Source: Spirogloea muscicola (Eukaryota). Taken from it: a stretch of 64,000 bases of DNA. Below, in pieces: positions 13,201-28,739 of this stretch. The notes under the pieces were generated by a model, which made no database searches, was not told where the DNA came from, and saw only the letters and a list, made by a program, of their open reading frames with translations. The DNA is taken from assembly GCA_009602725.1 (NCBI GenBank), contig WELB01000007.1:749697-813696 (forward strand), in the 5' to 3' direction. Both the position numbers and the translations under genes were made by a program. Position 1 is the first letter of the stretch. Every line of letters begins with the position of its first letter.

Positions 13201-14341
13201 CAAGGTTGACGCAGAAAGGTGTAAGAACCGCTAATCCATTTGGGATAACGATCAATGCATGTTAAACAAAAGGCTAGCTTATGGTGCTCGCGCTGCCTGG
13301 CAAGGTGTGTGCAAATGTCAAAGTAGGTTGCTGATTGTAAAGTAGGTATCTCTTTCTAGTGCTCAAAGGGCTTGCTTTGGCAGGCACAACGATTGCACGA
13401 GTACGTGATTAAGTGCAGACCTGCTAATGCCTGCTTCGTACACAGCCTGTGCTTTTCCGAAATCGCGGCAAAGCTCCAAGTAGGTGGCATAGGCCTCATA
13501 AAACAGTGCATGATCTTGACCAATAGAATGCACATCCAGGAAAGCAAAAACGTCTCCTGGCTCACGACAGCAGTCTGCCTGTCACCAGAAGGGCGTCGAG
13601 TCATGTCAGTATTCAGGTGATTTTCAGTGGTGCCGATCAGCCTGAAGAAGCAAGAAGTGAAGCACAGTGTGACTTACATATTGGATCCAGATACGGAGGT
13701 AGCGGATGTCCGAACGATATCTCCCGTCCTGTTGAAACCGTTTGGTGCATTTTTCAAGGACAGATAAAGTCTCTCCCTGCAGGCCTCCCGATGGAAAGTG
13801 CAGCTTGATCCATTTGAGGTACCTGCGGTCAAGTACATATACACCTGATATAGAGTTTGGAGGGGCATTTTGCATGTCCCTAGATGCAGCAGCTCAAGTT
13901 GCAAGTAATACTCAAGAATGCTCAAGCTGTTTGGACGAAGCTGTCTGGCCAAGGTCAACTCAATGTGGACACAATCAGAAAAATTGGCATCCACTTACTT
14001 GAGCCATGGTCGAAGAGGGTCTTCACCACTATAGCTGTCAATTGCCTGAAGTAGCAATCTGCAGTGACATTTAGGCAGAGGTGTTCATCATAGTGATACT
14101 CATTAGGGCTGCGTGTGCCGATGCGCACAGCCTTACGAATGAACTGAACTTTGGACAAGGCGTCTCATCTTAAGGGCGTCCGAAAAGTACGGCCTACATC
14201 CACGCACCGGCGCTCTTGCTCGCGGCTGGCAGTACCAGTATCCCCAGAAACCTTCAGCTTGAGGGCTTTGTTGAGGGATTCTACATCGCGACCACCCTTC
14301 AGAGGCTGGACATTCTCCTTGCTGAGCTCCCACTCCTCCAT
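7208..14341 (-). CDS. BUB1: Spindle checkpoint kinase BUB1/BUBR1 (MADBUB-type), multi-exon
   Basis: N-terminus MEEWELSKENVQPLKGGR; TPR region RYRSDIRYLRIWIQY; DPTINTKEAFADIMSMF; kinase motifs GQGAYAKVY, QRPAWPWEFYIY, ILHADFKPDNLL, LIDWGRSIDL, FRCTEMIEGKPWAYQ; last exon ends FDYLHNRQL* at 7208. Confidence 0.92.
9333..9461. repeat. Three imperfect ~45-bp tandem copies in a BUB1 intron
   Basis: ccagtgttggcccc(t/c)t(t/g)tgtca(c/g)a(c/t)agctt(a/t)ctgtcta repeated three times. Confidence 0.75.
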
Positions 14342-14904
14342 GCCAACATGTGCTCTGTGGAAGTGGACTTCCACGGGGCCAGGCAAGCGGGAGCCTGATT
14401 GCTGCGGATAGCCCAGAGACGCAGCCTCCAGCAGAGCCAGGCGAGTTAGCGTCGGCGTGGCGCGCAGCAGGCGGTGGCGATGACGGCCAGAGCGATGGCT
14501 ACGCCGCCGGCGGCGGCGGTGGCAGCGGCGGCGGCGGCGGGAGGGCGGGCCGTTGCTGAAGCAGGCCCGCTCCTTCTCGCGCAGGGAAAGTGTGGCTGGC
14601 TGAACGGAACGCAGCTGCCGGGGGCGGGCGCAGCCGGTACGGTGCTGGTGATGAATGTTGAATGAGCGTTTATGGGTGGCCCTGGCAAGGGAAAAGCGGT
14701 GCTGTCACGGGGATGCGATTAAGCGACGGCGACGAAATTGGCGAACGCGGCGTCGACGAAATGGCGGGGGGCTATGGGCGCGGGACGGCGAGATACGAAC
14801 TTTCAAATTCTGGCCGAGCGGCGGGGTTGGGAGCGCGGGACGCCAGGCTCCGAAGCCCACTACGGGATGTGCCCTCTTTATTGAGGACCTGACAACGGGG
14901 GCCC

Positions 14905-14946
<42 letters not shown>

Positions 14947-14961
14947 TCGCTGGTCGCCGCC

Positions 14962-17900
14962 ATGGGCCATCAGGGGAGCGAGCACGGACCGCAGGCGGGC
15001 GCGCGGGCGCCGGCGGCACTGCCGGAGGCGGCGGCGGCGCTGACCGGGGAGGCCGACGCGACTTCCCGCAGCGCCATGCACTCGCGCTCCTGCAGCTGCT
15101 TCGACAGCGAGAGCGACTACTTCTGCAACCTGCACATTGATGTCGAGTACCTGCCCCCCTCCAACGACGCCTCTGGCGGTCACGTGTCCAAGTCGCAGCC
15201 CGGGGGCGGGCTAGCTGCCTCAGGAACGTCCAAGGAGAATCCTGCAGGTCTGCAGAGGCCTGCAGAGGCTCAGAAGGCTGGAACGCAAACAGCTCGCACT
15301 TCCTTGCCACCACTACCGACGGCCGTGTATGTACAGTCACCCCAGCAGAAGCCGAGTGCAGCCATGGCTGGTACAAATCCTCCTACCACAGGTCAAGCTC
15401 CACCAATATATCCAGCGCCGCAGGCTCCTCAGCTAGCAGCTGCAGCGGCACTGCAACCTGGGCAACCGGGAGGACCTGGCTTTGTGCTCAATGTCTCGAC
15501 AATGCACGTAGATGCCAGCACTGGCAATGTCAGCTCAATTCGACGAAGAATCGCACAAGGGGAGGATGTCAACGCTATCAGTTACGAGCTTGTGAGCGAC
15601 CCAGATGCCCTGGCCCGCAGATCTCACTTGTAGACATTGCATTGCTCCTTTTGGTCAGACTATGATGTGAAAAGTGCACGAGATAACTGCACTACCCTTG
15701 TTGTATCTTAAAGCATATGTTGTTGGCTGTATTACTGTGACTGATGCTGGTGCTGACAAGCAACAGCTATCCTTTGCTGCCTATTTACTCTGGTGGCTGC
15801 TGCCTTGACAACAGGGGGGGCAAAGTGCTCTGCATATAGCAGCTGGGCAAGGTCGCACAGCTACTGTGCAGTTGCTTTTGGAAGCAGGCGCTAAGCATTC
15901 AGCACCTGACGACGTGAGTATCACATCAGCTTGTTAATGCCTCCCGAAGCTATCTTATGACCCTTCTTCATTCTGCAAATCTGCGTGAGCATTCATGGTC
16001 TGGACATGTCCCCAATGCTTATCTCCTTGTCTGAGACAGGGAGGACTTACAGCATTGCACTTCGCGGCTGCCAACGGGCACTCGGCTACAGTCGTTGCCT
16101 TGCTCAAGGCTGGTGCTGACAAAGAGGCACGGACTGATGTAAGGCAGTACATGATCCCTACTGCACGACTTTTTATCTGTGCTATCTTTGAGAGCTCCCA
16201 TGAGACACTGAGCTGAAGGCAGCACTTCTAACAACCCTTAATGCTCGATGTTGATGTTGCAGTCCTTTCAGACGCCCTTGCATATCGCTGCTGGACATGG
16301 AAGGACGGCCGCAGTCGAAAAGCTCTTGCAGCACAAGGCAGATATTGACGCTCCTTGTGATGTATGATTCATGTCAGCTCGTTACTCTTGCATCTGAAGT
16401 CTCACAATCTACATGTGAAATACAAAATTGCTGCTGTCTAGCAAATCTGCGGTTCAGCAAGTCAAGCTCAATAAGCCATCAAATTGTCAGATCTCTGAGT
16501 GTCATTGTAAGTTGTCACAGATGGGTCAGACAGCTCTCCACCTTGCTGCTGCTCTGGGTCAGACATCAACTGTGGCTCTGCTCCTCAAGTCTGGAGCAAA
16601 CAAAGAAGCACGAGATGATGTAAGTGACACTGAAAGATGGCACCCTGATGATGCTTTCCAAGCAGACCTTACTTGCTTGAATATGCAATTCATAGCACCA
16701 TGGAGGCAGTACAGGCATTGCTTTTACTAATCTGCCCATGTCTGAGAACTTGACGTGGTGATTTGCGCAGGGAGATTTGACACCTCTGCATGGGGCCTGC
16801 GAGACTGGACGGAAAGCGACTGTTAGTGTCCTTCTCAGCAATGGGGCTGATTTGGAAGCAAAAGACAAAGTACGTCTTTATCAAGCTCCATAAGTCTCCA
16901 CGGGGTATTACTGTCCAGCCATTCAATATACACTTTTCTTGGACAAATACAAAATGTCCTGCTGCAGTGAACGATATCTGCAATATATACAGAAGCCAGG
17001 CAAAGCAGAGCTGCCTCAGTCTGAAAGTCAACAGCGTCTTCAAGCTGCAGCCATATTTCTTGCCGCTGACAGTAAGCTTCAGCTATAATGCACAGAACAC
17101 TACATGCAGGTGTCTGAGTAAGGACGTTGCTCACAATGTGGTGCGTATACCGTTGTCCTCATCTTCAGGGAGGACAAACGCCTCTTCACGTGGCCGCTTC
17201 TAAAGGTCTTAAGGGGACTGTGGAGTTCCTCTTACAACAAGCTGCAAGCCTTACAGCAGTAAATGATGTACACATCTGATCCTTTGAGAAGCTCATTTCA
17301 ATGCTCTTATAAGCATGCAAACCAAACCCCAAAATCATGCAGCCAGAGCTGTATGCCTCATGCTTTGCCCTCTTACAATGGCATAGCAATGCCGTGCAGT
17401 TTGGCATGACGCCACTTCATATGGCCGCAAGGAATGGAAAAACGGCAGTAGTAAGTGTACTGCTTGATCAAGGCGATGACAAGGAGAGAACTACAGACGT
17501 AAGACTCCTACCCTGGATCAGCAACTCTCTGGTTGTACAAGCATGAGCAACGAGGATCAAGCCAGGCAGAATGACTTTCAACCTGTTGATCTTATGATTG
17601 TTCTCAAGCATCTTATTTCTCCGGGAGGTATGAGTGTGATTTCCAGATGTCCTTGTTGTGACTTTGAAAGCTCACGATCTTACCAGAATTCGTCGCTTAC
17701 CTCATTGCCTGGATGCAGAATGGGCAGACTCCAGTGCATTTAGCAGCTGCCATGGGCCGCACAGCCACAGTGGATTTGCTTGTGCGGCAGGGTTGCAACA
17801 TCAACGTCGAAGACGATGTGAGTGCCGAGGGCTCCAGTCCACTTTCTCTGATGCAGGTGCTATCCGTCTGAAATATTGTGCTTCTTGTGCTGTTTTGTCC

Positions 17901-18696
17901 CTGACACTCTGGACTATTCAGGACAATCACGCACTTCTTACCTTGTGCAGTTGAGACAGATACCACTCCATCTGGCGGCAGCAAGTCCTCAGCTCACTTT
18001 CAGAGTTGTTGAGAAGCTCTTACAACATGGCGCCAGGATGGATGCTCAGGATGATGTGAGTAGGGCAAGCATGAGAAGCACAAAAACAGAATCTGATTAG
18101 GCTCAATGCAGCAAGGATATCCTCTTGTCTCCTTAGACGGCAGAGCAGCTTGCCAATGCCTCTAAATGTCACAGTGCTGGCTTATTTGAGTGTCAAATTC
18201 TACTACAACTGCCTTTGAGATTGTCAGTCTTACCGCAATTTGTCCAGATCTGCATATCAGCTGATTGTGCATCCGCTGCCATGAAGCAGTTTGGACGAAC
18301 ACCTGTACAAGTAGCGATGGAGCAGGGGGGAACCTTGCTGCTGGAGCTTTTCAGCAGCACCTTGGCAGCTGCCCAGCTCGAGCATCATGGTGCCAGGAAA
18401 CAGCACGAGGTGAGCCATCTTTTGCAGCAAATGTCTACTACGTTCCTCGTTTTCCGCTGGTGCAAGTCAGAATCCAGCCTCAAGATTTGATTTCCACTGC
18501 AGGGGCGTATGACAAAGTCGCCTGCAAAGGTTCCCAACAAAAGGGAAAGTGGAAAGGAGAATTTCCCCTTCATGCCACTTAATGTTGGGTGAAGTTGGAA
18601 AGGTCCCCCTTCCAAAGAACAATGATCCTCGTCGCCTTGGTTGCAGCAGTACTTCTTGCATGTATCCTTACCTTTGCTCTCCGGAAATGGCTCTGA
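14962..18696 (+). CDS. Ankyrin-repeat protein (about 10 ANK repeats) with a low-complexity N-terminus; 3' end uncertain
   Basis: Successive GT-AG exons each encode G.T(A/P)LH.AA..G....V..LL..GA (e.g. GGLTALHFAAANGHSATVVALLKAGADKEARTD, MGQTALHLAAALGQTSTVALLLKSGANKEARDD). Confidence 0.88.
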
Positions 18697-18748
18697 AGTA
18701 TTTAATGACTTATGTTATCCTCATTAGCAGTGCTCCATTCACAGTACT

Positions 18749-18896
18749 TGGCAAGCTCAGGCAACAATACCTGCTGGGCATAGTTCGTAGGTGTATAGAT
18801 CAGGAGAGCTTATGTTACTATTATACTGGCAAGCTCAGGCAACAATACCTGCTGGGCATAGTTCGTAGGTGTATAGATCAGGGGAGCTTATGTTAC
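18749..18896. repeat. Near-perfect ~78-bp tandem duplication 3' of the ankyrin gene
   Basis: tggcaagctcaggcaacaatacctgctgggcatagttcgtaggtgtatagatcagg(a/g)gagcttatgttac occurs twice. Confidence 0.9.
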
Positions 18897-19179
18897 CATT
18901 TCACAGTCATTTTTATGAAGGAACCGCCACATCACAAATGTAGATAATGATGTACATGTTTCAAAAAACTAAGTGATTACTAGATTTACGACTTGCGATA
19001 TGTCGTGCATGGTGCATGGCAAAATCAAGAAGCAATCAATTTCGAACCATCTGTACCTCATTAAGTGCTCCAATACGCACACCAGGAGTACGTCCTGGCC
19101 AAAGTTTGAGGAGACTGTAAATGCAGCAAAAAGCTAAAGCCGCAGCAGCCAGTGATGGACAGCGCAGAGAAGCGGCTGC

Positions 19180-20391
19180 TGATATTAAAAGAGCGGCTGT
19201 AAAAGCCATCCAGATGCATACTGGTGTTCATGTTGGAGCCACAAGCTAAGCTAGGCAGACGGGGAAGCAGCAAGCGCGGCCAGATTAACTGGTGGCTGGG
19301 AGAGGCCAGCCCAAAAGAATGGACAAGGTCTGAAGGAGTCGGAGTGCTAAGGACTGAGACAGCAGTAAGCGAACTCTCAGTAACCTCTCGTCAGTAGATG
19401 CAAGTCTGAGTAGCTAGCAGGCGGAAAGACGTCGCCCTGACGGAAGCCGGAGGCCGCCGCCAGAGCGCGGCCTGCGCGCAAGTGGACCGCAAAAGCTAGG
19501 GACCGCTGCAAAGAGACGGCCAGGCGCATCCGCAAAGAGACGGGGAAGGGCTCGCACATAGAAAAAGGGGCTAGCGAAGCCAGCCAGACAGGACGCTCCT
19601 AGTACCCCCGTGTCAGCAGTAGGAAGTCAGTTGAACTAAGGGGAGGACGAGCAACCCCCGCTGACAACGCTTTTTCACGGACGCCGCATTCCGAACGGCG
19701 GTGCACCGCCTCCTCGGCCTCCACCCACCATGCCTAGGTGGAGTACAACAGTGCGAGTGCGGCGAGCGCAGCCCGGACGCGGCGTCACTGGCAGCTCACA
19801 TGCTCCGATGCGCACGGGGAGGGGAGCGGACCGGCACACACGACCTGCTCCGGAACGCGATGTTTGGCATATTTGTCGAAGCCGGTTACACTGTGGCGCT
19901 GGAGAACTCCAGCATCATGCCTCTGACTGCTGGGGCGGACGGCCGCCTCCACACCCGGCGCGCCGATCTCGTCGCTAGCGTGCTGGGCGGGGGGCCTCGG
20001 CTCATTGCCGACGTCGTCACAACGGACTCCTCAGATTCCAGGAGCGCAACACGCTCGGCGGAGGAGGCGGGCTACGCCGTCCGCCAAGCGGCCGCCGCAA
20101 AGGAGCGCAAGTACTCAGATCACCCGGTAGGCGACGAGTTTATCCCACTCGCCGTCGACGTACACGGCGCCTTTGGCGCCAAATGGCTGGACCTCCTTCA
20201 CCGCCTTGCGCGGCGAGCAGCGGCCCGCCGCGACGGGCAGCAAGGCGAGCAGCCTGGCTTCCATGTCGCCGGGTCCCTCGCCCAAGTTTACCGGATGCGC
20301 CTGGCCGTCTCTTTGCAGCGGTCCCTAGCTTTTGCGGTCCACTTGCGCGCAGGCCGCGCTCTGGCGGCGGCCTCCGGCTTCCGTCAGGGCG
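19180..20391 (+). mobile_element. 5'-truncated RLE-type non-LTR retrotransposon (zinc knuckle + PD-(D/E)XK-like endonuclease; CRE-clade-like) with an inverted copy of its 3' end upstream
   Basis: ORF from about 19673: FRTAVHRLLGL..CECG..HMLRC..THDLLRN..RRADL..ADV..KERKY..FIPLAVDVHGAFG..RMRLAVSLQR. 19432-19531 is the reverse complement of 20292-20391. No RT domain visible; runs into an N-gap. Confidence 0.78.
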
Positions 20392-24768
<4,377 letters not shown>

Positions 24769-25152
24769 ATGGAGACATGCAGGATCCAGATAGAGGGTAG
24801 CTCAAGGACGTCGTCTCCCCAGACAGCTACTAAATTTCTCAGGAAATATGATAGCCAATAAAACAGCTATGCCTTGCTGCAGATGCGAAGATGACCTTGG
24901 ACGCAGGGAAGAGTGCAGTAGCTCTCAAATACTTGCCACAAGTCTACTGCACAGCATATCCCCAAGCCCTCAGTGAATGGCAATGCGGACAGCTCGAACA
25001 TAAACATTATGAAGAAGGGCATTTATGGACAATTTGGCAGGTGAGAAGCACCAAGTGGCTTGTCAAGGCTTGTCTTGCAGAAGTTGTACATCATTGGGAT
25101 GTGAGACTACTTCATGTCCAAGCTAACACGGTGGTGACTGCAATCTTTACTC

Positions 25153-28100
25153 TCAGAGTTCCTCCTCAGGAGGCATAGTCTTGGAGAGGAGCACATTGCC
25201 AGTGTCTGCTGTTGTTGATGCTGGCAAGTTCGCCACTGGAGACGGTGTGGACCATGTGAACCAACTAGGGATTGCCGGCGTGTCTTTTGGGAGTGCAAAG
25301 AAAGTATCAGAGTACATGACATAGAAGAGTCCAAACAAGATGATGGAGCCGAGGAACATTGCTGCCAGGATGAGCCACGCCTTCCACTCTGCCATCAGAC
25401 ATGAGGCAATAGGACATTGCATTTATATGATCAAGAACCTGCATCGACTGCGCCATTATTTGACGTTAAATTTTTATTCAGTTGAGGTTGTTCAACCCTT
25501 GACGGATTGCTTTCGATGCTTTCTGTAACAGCCTGTACTCGTACTCAGTGCACTCAAAATTCAGTCACTCATACCTGTGAGTGGCTATGAGTGGCTATAA
25601 GGAGAATATCTGACTAAAGAGCTCAGAGCATGCTGGAGTATATGTAATGACAGACCTGCGCTGCAGGTAGATGTGCACAACACTGCCACAAGGGGAGTAT
25701 CTACCTGGCATGCTCTTGTTGATCGGCACCTGTGTCACACGGGCACTAGAGTCCGCCGAAACTGACAGGACAGACCTTCATATTCAAGATCATCACACAA
25801 ATGGTACGTCAGCAATACGAGGCAAAAAGCAGACAAGGTAAGGGGCAAGGAGACAGAAGCACACCGACACACCTTGACAAGAGACGAGATCTTCTTGGAA
25901 GGTTGGGCTGGCTCAATGAAGTCGAGCATGCATAATACCCTGCAAAGAGCTTACCAGCCACTGGGAGAAAACTGAACTGCTGTAATAAACACCATGTGTG
26001 CACTTTTCACTTTTCTCTTTATGATCATTGTCTTTATATCGACAATGGCAACATCACCAGCTGCAGAACCGCTGTTTACAGTGTGGTCATTGGTCAATAT
26101 GTGGAACACGTATCCAGGGGGTCACGAAACTTCTGTCTGTCAAAGAGCAAATGTGTGCTCACAAGAATTCGATGACATTGGAAGCTTAGCAGAAGAAGCA
26201 GCACTAGGATCAAGTCCCTTGAGAAAAACCCTGCAGACATTAGTATCCGACCACAGTCGAATCTGCTCACGTTGCAAGATGCTTGCCACAAGGACTAGCA
26301 GCAAATGCTGAGATGGGCTCCTCGTGGAGCTTCTTCGCACCCAACAACTTCCAGTCGGGGACATTATATACTGCCACAAAGCCACCAGTTTCTGCACAGC
26401 ACAACATTGCATATCACTGTAAGTAGTGCTGCCAAGAGCTGCTACTTGCTGAAGAGCTGAAACATTGGACAGACAGCATAGTCATTGTAGAGATGCAGAG
26501 ATGGACACCTGATGCACCAAGTCAGAGTAGTAAACCGAAGGGAAGGTTCTCACTGCGAACAATCGTAATGTACAAAAAGGGCATTGCATCAACCCTGGTG
26601 AATCGGCAAAACCCGAACCTTCCACCCTGTAAACACGCCCATGTACCAAACATGAAGTGCTGAGCACTTCAATGCTGAGCACCAGTTTACATCCCTTGCT
26701 GCTCGAAGCAAGGTATTGTTTAGATGATTTTCAAGCAACAATGGCATCGTCAACTGACAAGTTGATCTCACCGCAGCAAACTCAAGAGTCGCAATTGGGC
26801 TGGATTCCGTCAGCTTCCACACTTTGCAGGGCCCAGCATCGGCTGTGGAAGCCACCATGTCGCCCTCAAGGCTGAATCCCCAGGAAATTACACTGTTTAG
26901 GCACTGGTTGCTTCTCAGCCAGCTGACGACCCATGTACAGTAAGCTCTATAATTTGGGGCGAATGAAAACCAGAACTTGTCGAGTTGCTGTCACCTGAAA
27001 TCCAGATCCTTGATTGAAGTTGAGTGTGCCTTGGGCACATCTAAGACAACCTCCAAGCTTGGCCACTTCATCACTCTCAAGTGACCATCCTGCGCATTCA
27101 AGAACTCGAATCCAGTATGTGGGCCTTGGCTGCTTCTTCACGTCACAGAAGGCTCAAAGCCAAGGGTGTGATGAGGAGACTACAGCTGAGCGAGGGCATT
27201 CATTGTAATCCATTAGCTGATAGAGAATCTGAAAGCAGAAATAGCTGTCCACATGGAGCACTGCAGCAGTCGTTTGCAGGTAGATCGCATGTAAGCAATG
27301 CTATGGGAGGGGTGGAAGCTTGGACCTTCTACCTCACCCCCTGCGGCTAGATGAGATCCATCTGTGCTGAAGACCAAGCACTTCTGCTCTCCAACCCCTT
27401 GAAGCACAGGAAGACTGGTCCTACTGGCAGATATTGAGGGTCCATCCTCGTCGTTATCACCAAGGCGCAAAGAGAACAATCTGCAAAAGACTGCCAGATA
27501 GATGTCAAGCTTCTTGTCAAATAAGCTCACCGGCACATCCCTGGGGACCTTTCCGCTGCTGAATGCTTCAGTGAGAAGAGGCAGATGAACAGGACAAATC
27601 AATGTCTAGTGTTCCAGCTTCACTATTGACCACAGTTCCCCCTAAGTCAAGAGACGGCCTCTGCCACACTGTTTTACTAGGAACAGATACCTGGAGTGTC
27701 TACTTATATTGTTTGTGCTCCTGCCAATACCTGCAGTCATTAGAGAAGGAAGCCACAATGCCATCGCCACCAGGGTCCACAGCACATCTAAAGGGAGCAT
27801 CGTCTTCAGTATCAATCTCAGCTACCTGATTGTCCAGAAGAACATTGGGGATGAGCTTGGTGCTGCAAAATCATGCTAGCCAAGCAACCATGAAAACAAT
27901 CAAAGAACAACCTGAAAGAAACCCAAGACCTCAGCAACCGAGTACCACCGAGCGGGTAAATTAGTGCAGGTAGGCACGAGTAGGGGGGAAACCGAAGTAG
28001 AAGAGGTCATGCTGAATATCTTGGGTGTTCCGAACGTTCATGCAGCATTGTCAGGGTTTGGCTAGGAGGTCCAGCAGTGGGGGAGGCCTGATGACTCATA

Positions 28101-28429
28101 AGGCAGAGATGTGCAGCTTCTGCCCAAGCAGGGTCAGATATTCAGATCGGCTTGAAGAACCGAGGCCGTCACAACTTCTAGGTTTGGGAAAGGCTTAGAA
28201 AGGCTATGAAAGGCAGTTGACGTGCCTGCTCCGAAAGCTCGTCCGCAGCTTCGTTGTACCTGGCCAGCAGAAGGCGATTCTTGACGCCGTGCTTACGATC
28301 GCCCCCTCCGCCGCCAAAGAGCACGAGGTCGCCGTGCGCGCTGTCGGCCTTCGTGCTGGCCCAGGAGGCGCAGAAGAGTGGCACGTCGTACTTGCGCGAG
28401 CACTTGAGGTAGTTCGTGCGCCTGGACAT
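25153..28429 (-). CDS. PHF1: SEC12-like WD40 ER protein, PHF1 (phosphate transporter traffic facilitator 1)-like
   Basis: KYDVPLFCASW..FGGGGG..GVKNRL (Sec12 K-loop-like), GEQKCLVFSTDGSHLAAGGE, WD-type exons, and a C-terminal TM segment EWKAWLILAAMFLGSIILFGLFYVMYSDTFFALP resembling PHF1; ends PPEEEL*. Confidence 0.8.
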
Positions 28430-28739
28430 GGCTGCCGGGGTGGCTGGCCCCGCTCAGCCGCGCCTGGCGCCCCGGTGGCGACGAGCCCGGAGGAAGCGAC
28501 GACTGGCTGAGGCTGAGGAGCAGACGACTCCGCCTCTGCGAGGCCGCGGCCGTCGCCGGCGACGGCGGCAATGGCGGCGGGCGAAGAGGAGGCAAGACTG
28601 CGAGTATGGCAAAAACGACTACGGCTGCTTATAGGTAAAGAGCGGCTGTAAAAGGGGCAAGCAGGGAATGGGCGCCTTGACGTCGTTGGCCCTCAGATGG
28701 ACACCAGCTGCGGGCAAGCGCTTCATGGCACCTCGCTAA

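Noticed and set aside
14500..14945. (GCC)n tracts near gene starts as a special element
   Set aside because: Simple GC-rich 5'-UTR microsatellites that recur at most gene starts here and coincide with assembly problems.
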